Part shown: one piece after another, positions 13,601 through 26,952 of the stretch
How the letters are laid out: the number at the start of each line of letters is the position of its first letter
Numbering within the stretch: position 1 is the stretch's first letter
Assembly (NCBI RefSeq): GCF_964355755.1
Contig: NC_092671.1
Span: forward strand, 15,624,001 to 15,688,000
Direction of reading: 5' to 3'
Length of the DNA stretch: 64,000 nucleotides
Source of the DNA: Antedon mediterranea
Taxonomy: Eukaryota > Animalia > Echinodermata
Translations under genes and position numbers: made by a program
Notes under the pieces: model-generated
What the model saw: only the letters and a program-made list of their open reading frames with translations
Databases searched by the model: none
What the model was told of the DNA's origin: nothing

Positions 13601-16600
13601 TAAACCATCATCCCAACTTTCTATTTTGTTAGACAGTTTTGAAATGTTATATGGAAAGCATGTTTTGCCAATATTGGGAGGTTAAAGGTCAACATTTGAC
13701 CTCAGACTCCCACTCACTTTCCAAGAGGGTCATCTGAACTGTGTGTATCATAATCAAAGAGGTCTAGGTTTAGAAACTGCCCATCAATCACATCAACTAC
13801 TGCCTGAAATTAAAAATTTAATGTCAATGTCAATCTTCTTTTTTTATAAGAAAAGGGGTATGACCACATCTATTCCAATTAGAAGTGGTTCCATACATTT
13901 TGTATAATAAATAGTAATAAATAATAATCATTCTCGCGCAGATGTAGTGACATTTCTTGAAATTTCAGAAGTTAAAAACTTTTCAATCATCAATCGCAAA
14001 AGTATGGAACCACAAAACAAGATTGAAATACACATGGCATCCGCTGCAAGACTCACTTTCCCATTGGATCATCTTTGTCTGCGTCTTTATCAAAAAGGTC
14101 AATTTCCACTGTCTGCCCGAGTTTCTCAAACACGACAACCTAGAGACAAATAAGAGCCTTGCAAACTGGTCATAACCAATCATGCATTTCCTTATATGAT
14201 TCGTTCTAAATTAACTAAAAAAATACTATTAAAGTGTATTATTATTTATGCCTATTAGTATATTGGGACCCAACAAACTGTCCCTTTAATGGGTGCTCGC
14301 TTAATATGGGTTAACCATAGTGTTAAAAATATATATTTTATAGCCTTTTTTTCAGTTTATGTAAAAGTGTCCCTTTATAGGGGTGTACCCTAAATAGGTG
14401 TGTCCCCTAAATAGGTGTGTCCCCTAAATGGGTGTGTCCCCTGAATAGGGATGCCCCAAATAGTTCTACTGTATTATAATTGAAATCTATTAGACCTGAA
14501 TTTAAGTCTTCACCTTATCAAAACTATCTAGAAGAATACCATACTTAAACACTGAATATTACTATCTAAAGTTAATCGATGCAAACACCGAAGTGAGATA
14601 CCTGGATACTTATGTTGAATAGCTCTATCTCTAAATAACACTGCTGTATGAAATGGAACAACTTCTTTGAATAGCTAAAAAACTACACATTTTAAGCATG
14701 CAATAATCAAAGATAAAAATGAAGTGGAGCTGTAGCTTGGTGGTTAACATGCTTGCCTTCAATCCTGACCTAGTGCCAAGGTTGTAAATCCACTCCCTGG
14801 GCCTTAAATTAGATTTAGTTTTTAATAACGATAAATTATAAAATAGTTTATCCATTCTGTAACTAGCGAGTTTGTGCTTGCTGTTGGATGAGTATGAAAA
14901 AGAAGTTTAGAGTATTTAGTTTTACTAAGTATTACAAACATCATGCGCTATAACTAGCAATGTTATTCTAATTTCCTAATTCTATGGACATTACCTCTCG
15001 TTTTTAAACATGCCATAATAAAATCTAGTATGAGAATGGAGAAAGCATACAGTTTGTTATGTCAAAATAATATAAATGTCTAGTACTGTAATACAATTAT
15101 CATATATAATGAAACGGTTAGTAAAATCTATCTATAAGTGTCATAACATTATGATTCTAATTGGGCATGAGCAGTCAATTGGGTTGTGAGACGGAACTTA
15201 TTATCGACTGACTCACAACTCAATTTAAACCTCATGTACACAAGCTGTAAACATAACCATGATGGATTTGACATTAAAACTAAAAAAAGTACATGCAAAA
15301 AGGTAAAATCTGTAGGCAGTTACCTCAAAATATTTATTCCAACTTGGGTCACAGGTATTATTTATCACCTTTGTTTTGAACTTGTGAGCGCCCACTGAAA
15401 AAAAACAAAAAAACATCTATAATACTCAAGATTAAATGATTAAAAAAATTAATAGTATGATATAGTCTACTTAGGCTATGTTTCCAAAGCTGTAAGAAAA
15501 TTATCGGTTAATTTTTTAACCATAATTATTAAAACAATATAGTGCGCATTTGCAGACATTACCGAACAACCAACTACCCAATCACAGTGCAACAATTTGA
15601 CTTTTAGGTTAAAGGTTAACATTATTGCATTTTATCCGATAATTATAAACTGATTTGAATCAGACAACTATTCTTGAGCGGAACAGTTTCCACAGAAAAT
15701 TTATTGGCATTTCCTTTTTTTTTTGTGTTTAGTGAATATAGAATGACATCTTTTTCAAATTTCCCAGAATGGGGTTACTCCTAAATTAGAACAGGGGGTA
15801 GGCATTCTACTACAGACATTTAAGACTATCTACTTCAAATCAAATAGGGGAATAGTACCTTCCACAACCACATAGGGGTCAGACTTTCCCTTCTTTAAAA
15901 ATCCGATATCCATTTTCATCAAATTTCGAGCTTCCACAATATTGATTCTCAATACACCCTAAAAAACAAAATCCACTTAGTATCAGTTATTGATGAAATA
16001 ACATGGAAAGCAAAGAAAAACAATACAGGCAATATGAAAATTATATAATACATAATTTATAATTATGACACCAGGGGCTTTTAGTGAATGAATTATTAAT
16101 ACAATAAAGCATTGGGCAAGAAGTAATGGATACAGATTATTTATTTACAGATAATTTAATAATTGAGTGGTTAATGATATTGTAAAACATAAAGGCAATA
16201 TAGGTATATACCATGTATTCTGCTTAACTGCATAACATGGCGTTAAGTTTGTGGTGGGTTTAACTGGGAATTGAAATGTATTGGACTGAACCAAGGCAAT
16301 CCAACAACAGGACACTGAGCTCGCCTTGACAAAATAGGAACTCAAAACAGTTTTTTTTTAATCTTGTATCTTGCTGCGACAAATACCAACAGTACTGTAC
16401 ATAATCTGTGACATGTGGTGTCTGTTAAGGGGCATGGACCTGATCGTGTCCCAGCCACCGTTAAAACCCTTTGATCTCTGGAGCTCAGCATTCTGTTCTT
16501 AGATTGCCTTGACTGACTTAGTATGTTAATACAATTTAAAATATTGCCATAGGTAAACCCTTTGATCTCTGGAGCTGCATTCTGTTCTAGATTGCCTTGA

Positions 16601-19600
16601 TTGAACTTATTGAAGTTTACTGCACTGCACATTTAGAAGTGCGTCAATATTCACATGACAGAGGTGTATTACCACATAAGTATATTAATACAATTTTAAA
16701 TATCGAGTTGCTGCCACAGATAAACCCATTGTGTGTTTTACCACATTAGTATATTAATACAATTTTAAATATTGAGTTGCTGCCACAGGTAAACCCATCG
16801 TGTGTATTACCACATTAGTATATTAATACAATTTTAAATATTTAGTTGCTGCCACAGGTAAACCCATTGTGTGTATATACCACATTAGTATGGTAATACA
16901 ATTTGTTGCCTTACCTCAGGCATGGGGTATTTCAAACTTGTCAGGTCCACATCTTCCATAAGACTGACGGGTATACGGTTTGGCAACACAAGGAAATGCG
17001 CAATTTGATCCTCAATGATGTTACGAAGGATACCACTAACGAAAGAAAAGTGTAATATTTATATTTACACATCTTTATTCATTTACGTTTGCTTATTTAA
17101 AATTATTTCCTCAACTTAATTTATTCTCCTGTTCATAATATGTTGAAGATTTTTTTGCAGTAAGTAGCCATTAATTTTTTAATTGGACATTTTTAAAATG
17201 ATATGTCTGACAAATGACAAAACACCATCTGATATTGTTCAGTACCAATTAACAACAGGTTTTTTGTCATCTGGTACTGGTTCAATGATTTTCACAAGAG
17301 GTGAACGGAAATAAACCATCACTGTGACACAATGATAAAAGAAATTCCACATTTTAACCTCAACAATTTTTAACAATTTTAAATATATATAAAAGTAATT
17401 AGGTAATAATCTAAATTATTACAAATTTAGATATCACAATCATCAATTGTGATTGAATAATAAGTGGAGAAGCTTCAGACTCTCACAGGTAAGAAAAATC
17501 AGTTGAAAAAGCCAACATTTCTTTTCATCTCATTTTTCATTTTATTTTGATTTTCTATATATAGAGAGAGCTTGTAGCCCCACTATTTTATTGATTCTTT
17601 GAACTAAATATAGCTGCACATGCAAATATTCTTAATGCATTTATCGATAAAGATATTTATCTCACCTTATGCCTGGGATGTCAAGTACATCTGCTAAATT
17701 GGTTAAATTAAAATCTGTAGCCTGAAAGCGAGTAGATTATATACTTTAAACCATTATACTATAATTAAGAGCATAAAATTAGAAAATTGTGGATGTAAGC
17801 CCTACGAAAGAGAGAAAAGGTTACCCCTTGTTAACTTCTCCACAATTCCAGTAATTGAACAATAATTAATGCACAATGGGTAACATAAATATAATGTGCA
17901 ATGTAATACACTAAATGGGTAAAAAAGATGTCGGTAATTGAGCATTAATGCACAATGGGTAACATAAATATAATGTGCAATGTAATACACTAAATGGGTA
18001 AAAAAGATGTTGGTAATTGAGCATTAATGCACAATGGGTAACATAAATATAATGTGCTATTATTGTAAATACTAAATGGGTAAAAAAGATGTCGGTAATT
18101 GAGCATTAATGCACAATGGGTAACATAAATATAATGTGCTATGTAATACTAAATGGGTAAAAAAGATGTTGGTAATTGAGCATTAATGCACAATGGGTAA
18201 CATAAATATAATGTGCTATGTAATACTAAATGGGTAAAAAAGATGTCGGTAACTGAGCATTAATGCACAATGGGTAACATAAATATAATGTGCTATGTAA
18301 TACTAAATGGGTAAAAAAGATGTTGGTAATTGAGCATTAATGCACAATGGGTAACATAAATATAATGTGCTATGTAATACTAAATGGGTAAAAAAGATGT
18401 CGGTAATTGAGCATTAATGCACAATGGGTAACATAAATATAATGTGCAATGTAATACTAAATGGGTAAAAAAGATGTCGGTAATTGAGCATTAATGCACA
18501 ATGGGTAACATAAATATAATGTGCTATGTAATACTAAATGGGTAAAAAAGATGTTGGTAATTGAGCATTAATGCACAATGGGTAACATAAATATAATGTG
18601 CTATGTAATACTAAATGGGTAAAAAAGATGTCGGTAATTGAGCATTAATGCACAATGGGTAACATAAATATAATGTGCAATGTAATACACTAAATGGGTA
18701 AAAAATATGTCGGTAATTGAGCATTAATGCACAATGGGTAACATAAATATAATGTGCTATGTAATACTAAATGGGTAAAAAAGATGTTGGTAATTGAGCA
18801 TTAATGTACAATGGGTAACATAAATATAATGTGCAATGTAATACTAAATGGGTAAAAAAGATGTTGGTAATTGAGCATAAATGCACAATGGGTAACATAA
18901 ATATAATGTGCTATGTAATAGTAATACTAAATGGGTAAAAAAGATGTCGGTAATTGAGCATTAATGCACAATGGGTAACATAAATATAATATACAACGTA
19001 AAAAAAGATGTTGGTAATTATAACTTACAGGTTTATTCAGAAAGAAGAACGACATTCCACCAATCAGAGGCATGATATTCACCAATGGTTTAATCTCTAC
19101 ACGAAGAGTTCCATGGAGCTATTGTTAAAAAAAAACATTTACCAAAAACTTCATTATTTACTTTAATATATATGTTAACAATGCTAATGATACAGAGTTT
19201 ATACCTAATTACTGTAAGCACTTAAGGATAGTTAGGATACTTAAATATAATTTTGGTTTTAACAGAGTATTAAAATAAAAATATATATATTCTTCACTTT
19301 ACTGTGTAAAATTAATTCTTAAAAATTTAACATAATATGTGTTTGTTTGGTGGTACAGTATTGTACTGTATGTATACACAATCTGCCATTTCAAAGAATA
19401 TTTAGGTCTATATACATTAATATATTATGAATTTATAAATATAAAGTCTGCATTTCACTCAATATTGACAAAATAATAATCAAATTCAAACACCTGGCTT
19501 GAAATATTGATAAACAAATACTTATGAATCATGCACATGTAACTTTCTAAGTAAACAAAATAGTTAATAATTTATGGCATTAGCCAACCTTATTAATCAA

Positions 19601-19971
19601 TAATAGCTAACTTGACTACACATAAAGTATAACATACTAAACTATACTGTACTTGTTGTTTGCTAGCCACTTTGATTCTACAAATATTTAATTTAATAAT
19701 TTGTAAATATAGCACAGTACTTGCATTGTTGAGAATGTTTATTTCATTAAATTAAAAAAGTGCCTGTGGCCATATTCACCATTCACACTTGGGCTAAAGG
19801 AAACACTTGCCCTTAAAATAAAATAAAAATCTCCTATCTAAGTGAATACTAATACAAATACTACAGTACATACTGTACATACATAGTTATTGAGTAAAGT
19901 GAAATACTTTTAAGGGACATATCTGTTTTCCATTAAGCATTGGGTAAGCTAGATATTTCTTAAACTTCTTT

Positions 19972-20006
<35 letters not shown>

Positions 20007-23000
20007 TTCAAGATCCAACAGTGTAAGGAAAAAACACCAAAACAGGATCGCCATAAAATATACATTTGATTTACATAAAAAAGAACAAGGAACAAACAGA
20101 TTTATATATTATTAAAAATGACATTAAAAGCAGAAGTATTACAACTAAAAATATCGATATAAGGAAACATTTGAACTACACTATTATAAGAATGAGCAAC
20201 CCGACAAAAAATACCGTTTTTACATACATTAACACGAGAAAACTGCACTTTTAAAAGATTATTAATACGAAGTTTACGCACAGGGACACGAAAATGAAAT
20301 TGAGAGACAAATTTACAATCAAACTTTGAATTTAGGCATTTAAAATACCCATGCATATAAGATATTTGGACAAAATTCCACAAGCAGAACCCTACTATAT
20401 TTATCCTAAAATGTGTTAGCTTAGAAAGTGCAATGTACTGCAATTTAGTATGGCAATTAGAGCAAGTTATCATACAGGTCTAGATATGACTCCAATTAAC
20501 CATATGGTATCTGTACTGTATTCAAAATTACCAGCCGTCAGAAATACATAATTTGGTTTTATTTTTAAATACTGTATTTATTAGCAATAAAAATACAATG
20601 CAATGCTTAAAAAACTACAGTTATCAATGTTTATTTGAATATATCCCATCAGAGTGTAAAACTCTTCCCTGATCCAATTCTGAAACTTATTTGGTGGAGA
20701 ATATTCATAAGCTACTGCCAGTGATTTCACGTTAAGTAGCGAAAATAAAAATATGGAAACTGAGGTACATCAGGGGCGTAGGCTCTGGGGGTAAAGGGGG
20801 TGTTAGCAGCCAGCCTAACCATCTGTACATCTTGCCTATATGATCACTATACAATATACAGGTAGAAGAAATTAATCGCTATTATCAAAGAACTTATAAC
20901 ACAAGAATCTCCTGTTCGTCCGAAGCGCGTAACAATTTCGAAAGGCATTGTGGGATAGAATAGAGCTATGGGTGCCGCCATTGTGAGCCATGGAGTAGGG
21001 CGCCCGCATCAAATTAGAAAGTCAAAATCATAGAAGGGATCTGCTAATGCTCTAGGGGGGATAGAGTAATTGACTGAGGAGTAGGGCGCCCGCATCAAAT
21101 TAGAAAGTCAAAATCATAGAGGGGATCTGCTAATGCTCTAGGGGGGATAGAGTAATTGACTGAGGAGTAGGGCGCCCGCATCAAATTAGAAAGTCAAAAT
21201 CATAGAGGGGATCTGCTAATACTCTAGGGGGGGGGGGGGGGTAGAGTAATTGACTTCCTAGTTTGGAGGGGGCGCTGCTCCATGCTGTGAAATGGCGTCG
21301 CCCAGTTTGACCTTTTAACCCTGTACTTCCGATACTGTGTTTTGAATGCAAATTGAAGAACAGGAGATTCTTGTGTTATTATAAGTTCTTTGCTATTATT
21401 AAGACTTATAGAAACTATAGAAAGCAATAAAACTATTTAACTAAATAATTTAATAGAAAAACAACGGTGAAACTTATTGGTTGGAAGTTTATTAGCAATA
21501 CAACAACATTCAATATTATTTACTGATACTGATTGATATTTATTTTCCAAAAGAAAGAAAACAGAAATACATTTAAAACAGGCATGAAAAATAAAATATA
21601 GTATGTATTAGGCCACTACAAAAATGGCAGTACAACTATAAACTTTGTTTAAACAAAATTAAATAATTATTAAACTTACTTGGATGTCTTGAATTCCGGC
21701 TTTAATTCTTTTGAGAGTTTTAAAACTGATTTCAATGTCACAGTCACCGGCATAACTGTGTTGATAAAAACATAAGTTCAATTAAAATTACTTTCACCAG
21801 TGGGTGGTAAGGCCTACCGTACTAATTGTATAAATATTCTTCAATGCTATTTTCAGTTGTTATTAAAACTACATGCTGTCAACTCATTCTTAAAGGTTTA
21901 ATTTCTTGATTACTAACTATAGGACTAATCAACTCTCCCTATACTGGGCTCTCTGAAAACTGAAAGCTCTTCAAGACGTTTTTTTTTCAAAGGTTCCAAC
22001 ATTATTATTTATTTACCAATAAAATCACTTTCAGAATACCAGACTTTTCAGAATACCAGACATAAGCCAGTGTAAGGATGTTATGGTATTGGTAGATTTG
22101 ACTGTATAAAGTATTGTAAATAACTAGATAACTATATCAGGTGTACTACTACTATAGTACTGGGAATAAGTGGCTACAAATAACAAACTTACAACAACTC
22201 CAAATCCATGACAATTTCATCTCTGGCAACTTTGTCTGTGTACACTTTTACTCCTCCAATTCTAGGAGGCTGACAAAAGAAGCACAAAAAATATGATTGA
22301 TTAAACACAAAGAATAAGGAATAAAATGGAAGGAGGAAATGGAAGGAGGAAGAATTGGAAAATGGTTAGGAGGAAAGGGAAAGAAGTATATTAGCCAGTA
22401 CAGGATATAAAAATATGATGTACATTACAATTTTATTAGATATGCATAAAATGCAACTAAATTCTCAGGTTTGAAATCAAATATTTCCTTTTTATACTAG
22501 GCCTACTAATAAATTATATTATTTTATTTTTTTATTTTATTTCATACTCATCCAACAGCGAGTAACCCGCCAATTACAGGATGGATAAACTATTTAATAA
22601 TTTCACAAGACAAACATATACACAAGATGCTCTACATAAACAAAGACTTATTATTAAGTCTTTGGGAGTGGAGTTGTAATTTGTCATGAGAAAAAAACCC
22701 TGACATATGACAGGGCTTGAACCCAGGACCCTTAGATTGGTAGCCAAGCATCATAACCACCAAGCCACAGCTCCACTATAACAAATTATATTACAAACAC
22801 AGGTTTTTCACAATCCACAAATATTGCTATACCCATTATGCATAATGTACATTTTCAACAGGATTTGATGATGACATAAAAATACAAATGTTTATGAGTT
22901 GAATGGAATACTATTTTTAGTTGAAGACTGATTGTCCTATTCTAATGAGATATTAAGTAACTAAACTATATAGAAAATTCTCAAAATGTTACAAAAATTT

Positions 23001-26000
23001 TAGTTTGCATTTAAAATAGAACAATTATATCAAATGTTATTTATAGTAAAACTAATAAATTGAAACATTGAAATTAAAAAATCATACAAAACATACTTAT
23101 TCTTTTAGTACAGTACATACTGCTTTTTTGTGGAAATATATGCTGTTTATGATGACATATGATACTGTACATCCAATAAAAAAGGGCCAATTAAAAAAGG
23201 TTAATTCAAGTCTAGATAATTATAGACAACCTGCAATACCAAGATCCATTAAAGTATAAAGAAAGAAGAAAAAACTTACATATCGCCCTAGCTTGATCTT
23301 CTCAAACCTAAAAGATTTGAGATAAGATGGGAGGGCCTCTTGTACGGATGGTTCGACAGTCTCTTTCAATAAATCTGTTACATAACCTTCGATAAATGGC
23401 CACAGTTGCTTCACAATCTAAGCAAATTTTAGAAGAAGGTAATTTAGATAAATACTTCAATTGGAGCGTATTGGTATAAGACAACCTTTTTGAACATGGA
23501 AATGGAATATGGTGAAGGGGGAGGTGGAGAGAAACGGGTGCGGAGGAAAGATGGCAGAGATATATAGGGGTGGAGGATACAGGCAAAGAGAGAGAAGGGT
23601 GTGGAAGAGGGGAGGGATGCGTGAAGGGTGTGGAGGAGGGGGAGAGCAGTGAGAGAGGGATGTGGAGTAGGGAGGAGTGGTGAAAGAGAGATATGGAGGT
23701 GAGACAGATAAACTATAATCTTTGAACTTTCCTTAATGTATTCCTGCATACAGCCTACAACATCTAAAGACTTAAAACAACATACTGTAGTACAGGATAT
23801 TGTGTCAGTATACTTTGAAATTATAACACACCCACAAAGGTCATGGGGACATCCTGTGCACATTAAATATTATTTACAGCAAATTAAATTCAAATAATGA
23901 TTTGAATATTGATTGCTTTGTTACTTGAAATTTGTGGTGAAATCGGTTAATATGGTTAAAAAAAAAAAAATGTAAAACACTGTATTCAATGTACTGTACA
24001 GTACTTCTTTGTTTTATTATATAATGTAAAGTTGATAATACTTTACTTAGAAACATGTTAAAGGTTCTCAGATTTGGATTTTAATTGGAAGTAAAACTAC
24101 CACTGTATAAAAAAAACGACTGTACCTTGTTTAACCATTCTGCCCTTTCGGTGTCTGGAAAATAAACCTATAAAAAAAACAATAAACATACTGTATTTAT
24201 AAATGAAAACTTGTTTTTCTAATATGGCAACCACTGCAATACAACTTCAGTTTATAAAACACATTTTCTTTTATTTTACAAAATAATCTATGGTTTTCTT
24301 TCTTTTGGGTTGGTTTTTCTCAATTTTGAATTGACTGAATTCTGTAATCAATACAGTACGATACCATAGCAGTTTTTGTACTGTAACTGATGACCTTACA
24401 ATCAACTTACAAAGAAACTAAAATTGACTAAACTGTACAGTTTGGCACATAAATAGTTTTGTTAAACAAATTCTATGACATGTAGGATTATCTTGTGTAG
24501 GTTTTTCTTTCATCCTTTGAATTAGGGATTGGTATTCATTAGGAATGCTGAGTATGTTTAGCAGTGATCAATTCAAAATATCTTGCCTGTGTCGTGTACA
24601 GTTAACATGCTAGGTACAGTTGTAGAAGGTACACTTGTAGTAGGTACGATACAGTTGTAGTAGGTAGAGTTACTGTACTGTACACACTGTGTGCTATATA
24701 CAGGAATAATATGTCTATCACATTATCAGAGTATGTAGGTACTTTGAATTATCATAATAGTCACAGGGAAGCGAGATTGTGATGAAAACCAAATAAATGG
24801 ACCCGAGTATCTTGATAAGCAGGCGGGTTGTATGCTCCTTAAATCAATTTCAAGGAATTATTTATTTATTTACACTGCTGTATCCTAACCAACAGGGCTT
24901 GTTATGACCCACACCAAACCAAAGGATTCACAAAGTGGGCCAGTGCTACGTACGAGTATTAAGTAGGCTGTTTGTAGTGCTGTATTTAATTATTTTCACT
25001 TACATACTGTAACTGTATCCTAACCAAGAGGGCTTGTTATGACCCACACCAATCCAAAGGATTCACAAAGTGGGCCAGTGCTGTATCTTGCGAGTACTGT
25101 ATTCATTAACTAGGCACATGGTACGCTTCATTCAAATCAATTGCACAGGTTTTTTTACAGTTTAGTTACATACCTTATATTCTAACCACCTTCCTCTATG
25201 ACATACTGTAGGGGGTAGTCTCACAATCTACTACAACATCTTAACCTCTGTCTACACTATCAAACTAGTTTCACAAAAAAAGTGTGATGTGCCCAAATAT
25301 GGTAGTAATATGACATCATGTCTATAGGCACATCACATTTTTTGGTTAATAACGTTTGATAGTGTAGAAAGAGCTTTGGGCTTGATATTAGTTAGCTACA
25401 AACCAGGCCTACTGTAAACACTGTAGATACTGTACTGTAACCCTAAATTTGCCATAAAAGTATGTAAACCCTTACACCGAAACTAATCTTCTGTATATTT
25501 CTGAGTTAGACTACTGTATGATGATTTATGCAAACAAAAGTATAGGGATGAGCCTATCAGCATGGTCAACCATGAGTATAATTTTGTTAATAGTTAAAAA
25601 CAACCCACACAACATGCTATGATACTAGTGATGAATATCTCAATTGTACACTTGTTTTTGTTTTTTATTAACCACAAGAATGGTTAAATCTTCAGAAAAT
25701 ATAACTACTAATCCTTGATAGATACAGTACACTATTCAGTTTATATGAATTGTTGTAAACATATCTAAATATAATGAAAGAGATAAATACTGTCAGTAGT
25801 GAAATAGTAAAATCAATAACAAGTTTTTATTTGGCACAATTATTGTGCTGTTGGTTTTACAGATTTACTGTAAAGTGGCACTACACTTTTTTGAAAAGTA
25901 AAACATGGTGTGGGTAGATACTACATTGTATATTGTACTTTTTCTATTTATGCGATTTGCACAATTTGAAACCTCACAAGGATCCTCTTGCACGAACATT

Positions 26001-26952
26001 TTCAATCCAAGTACCGTATTTTGATTTAAATTTAGAAAATTTCAAACAGTGCAAGGTATTTTCAGTATTTGATAAATCAATCAAAGCTTGTAATCTGTTA
26101 CGCATAATAAATATAAAAAATGACATTTTATAACACAAGAAATAAAACATTTTATGTTTCAATCCGAGAGACGAGAAAGCGTGATTGGCTTGAGTGCATA
26201 ATAGATTACGACAGGGATTTTCCTTTATAATGCCTTGTTACAGTGTTAACTTGTGTTAAAATAGCACAAGTTACATGCAATTTGAAATTGCACCAAAAAA
26301 TCCTCCTGCAATTTGAAATTGCGCAATAATTTTTATTATTATATGATGTTCATAAATCTGTGAAAATAAATACGATTATAATCGATGATACTGACACATA
26401 CACAGTTTAACGAAATCTAGACCTAGCATTCATGATTCCTTTTATGCTGGCATAAAAAGTTGTAATTGCATCCACTGGAGGAAAATAGGCATCTGCTGAA
26501 CTAACTACAGCAGAGTAGATTACTGGCCTAGCCTAGCTAGTAGTAGTAGTACACTATAGTAAGTAGTAGTAGGCCATTTCTTTACACTAAATTAAAATAA
26601 AGATTTGATTTACCCATGACGGCAATTCTTGAACAGCAGCTTCTATTACTTGTCTTTCACTTGTTACTGCTTGTCTGGCAACTAAAAGTTTGACTTCTTT
26701 TCTTTTAGTTGCTTTTTCACGAAGCAACAGTACAATCACTATCATGAATACCCAGCTACTACTGAAGCCACAGTATCCCATAAACCAAATCGAAAAAAGC
26801 ATGAAAAATACACCGACATACTTCTTCAGAATTGGTAAGAGGTCATCTACAGCATGCGACGTTGTCTCTTTTATATCTGGTGTTGTCTCATCGTCTAAAT
26901 TCGAATTTAAATCATCCGAATCTGCAGCTCCACTTGAGGTTGAAGCCTCCAT
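1680..26952 (-). CDS. ESYT2: Extended synaptotagmin, ESYT2/3 type (membrane hairpin - SMP - C2A - C2B - C2C), multi-exon
   Basis: Phase-consistent GT-AG exons: 26614-26952, 24126-24167 (VYFPDTERAEWLNK), 23280-23417 (IVKQLWP), 22193-22269, 21680-21755, 19029-19118, 17666-17721, 16915-17035 (VLPNRI), 15859-15958 (GKSDPY), 15324-15394, [14057-14139 or 13718-13803], 12405-12453, 11140-11229, 10354-10449, 10142-10216, 9658-9744, 9351-9500, 8546-8605, 7804-7997, 2962-3057, 2734-2862, 2471-2573, 2309-2358, 1680-1737 (TGA). LPSWVYFPD.ERAEWLN and QLWP are E-Syt SMP hallmarks. Assignment to ESYT2 versus ESYT3 is not resolved. Confidence 0.95.
1920..2062. mobile_element. ~140-bp MITE family (AGCTCTGTCTACACTATCAAAC termini)
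   Basis: Further copies at ~8662-8810, ~25243-25376 and a terminal fragment at ~90-123. Confidence 0.75.
5094..5099 (-). CDS. ESYT2: Putative 6-nt E-Syt microexon (GCAATC)
   Basis: minus strand tttgcaatcgttcaataagtgcctag|GCAATC|gtaagta; frame-preserving, adds Gln-Ser. Confidence 0.45.
5835..6181. mobile_element. MITE with ~26-bp TIRs
   Basis: TATAGAGTATCACGGTGCTGACGTCAC .. GTGACATCACACCGCGATACTCTATA. Confidence 0.7.
6837..7008 (-). CDS. ESYT2: Putative alternative (terminal) E-Syt exon ending in KQLCCLIL-stop
   Basis: tttcttcacaag acceptor in the phase (2) required by upstream exon 7804-7997; stop-free for 56 codons in AT-rich intron DNA; TAA at 6837-6839. Confidence 0.65.
8662..8810. mobile_element. 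Copy of AGCTCTGTCTACAC MITE
   Basis: Matches 1920-2062 including internal CACTACCATATTTG repeats. Confidence 0.7.
10786..10943. mobile_element. MITE, Harbinger-like (TTA TSD)
   Basis: TIR AGGCCAATTTACACAGAC..GGTAA / TTACC..GTCTGTGTAAATTGGCCT, flanked by TTA. Confidence 0.8.
11340..12040. mobile_element. Cluster of three copies of a tRNA-containing repeat ending at (TA)n
   Basis: 11340-11445 is the reverse complement of 11460-11565 across a TA run; a third copy at 11890-12032 is truncated inside the tRNA part. Confidence 0.75.
11571..11642 (-). tRNA. tRNA-Asp-like gene or pseudogene (anticodon ATC) embedded in a repeat
   Basis: 72-nt cloverleaf: acceptor GCCCCAG/TTGGGGC, discriminator G, anticodon stem TCTGC/GCAGG with loop ATATCAA, T arm CCGAG-TTCGAGT-CTCGG, followed by ACTTTTT; A32 is atypical. 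Confidence 0.55.
13718..13803 (-). CDS. ESYT2: E-Syt C2A mutually exclusive exon, variant B (AVVDVIDGQFLNLDLFDYDTHSSDDPLG)
   Basis: tttcag acceptor, AA|GTGAGT donor, 86 nt, phase 0 to 2. Confidence 0.85.
14057..14139 (-). CDS. ESYT2: E-Syt C2A mutually exclusive exon, variant A (VVVFEKLGQTVEIDLFDKDADKDDPMG)
   Basis: tctctag acceptor, AA|GTGAGT donor, 83 nt, phase 0 to 2, homologous to exon 13718-13803. Confidence 0.85.
16663..16903. repeat. Minisatellite, ~69-bp unit, ~3.5 copies
   Basis: GTGTATTACCACATTAGTATATTAATACAATTTTAAATATTGAGTTGCTGCCACAGGTAAACCCAT repeated. Confidence 0.85.
17864..19020. repeat. Minisatellite, 77-79-bp unit, about 14-15 copies
   Basis: Unit TAATGCACAATGGGTAACATAAATATAATGTGCTATGTAATACTAAATGGGTAAAAAAGATGTCGGTAATTGAGCAT. 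Confidence 0.95.
19970..20473 (-). mobile_element. 3' remnant of CR1/L2-clade LINE with (ATAA)n tail
   Basis: HFRVPVRKLR..FSRVNVCKNG, similar to 56946-57164; microsatellite tail at 19972-20008. Confidence 0.65.
20886..21392. mobile_element. 507-bp non-autonomous element, P-element-like (CA..TG ends, 7-bp TSD) with three ~85-bp internal repeats
   Basis: TIR CAAAGAACTTATA..ACACAAGAATCTCCTGTTC; TSD CTATTAT at 20879-20885 and 21393-21399. Confidence 0.8.
22690..22776 (-). mobile_element. tRNA-derived SINE head; related copy on plus at ~14724-14802
   Basis: GTGGAGCTGTGGCTTGGTGGTTA (A box) .. GGGTTCAAGCCC (B box). Confidence 0.6.
24876..25088. repeat. ~75-bp direct repeat, two copies
   Basis: CTGTATCCTAACCAA..GGGCTTGTTATGACCCACACC..AAAGTGGGCCAGTGCT at ~24878 and ~25013. 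Confidence 0.8.
25243..25376. mobile_element. Copy of AGCTCTGTCTACAC MITE (opposite orientation)
   Basis: CTCTGTCTACACTATCAAAC .. GTTTGATAGTGTAGAAAGAGCT. Confidence 0.7.

Noticed and set aside
17864-19020. Regular repeats as a CRISPR array
   Set aside because: No unique spacers, eukaryotic intron, no cas genes
23444-23863. 139-aa ORF
   Set aside because: Runs through a low-complexity purine/pyrimidine intronic tract with no recognisable domain
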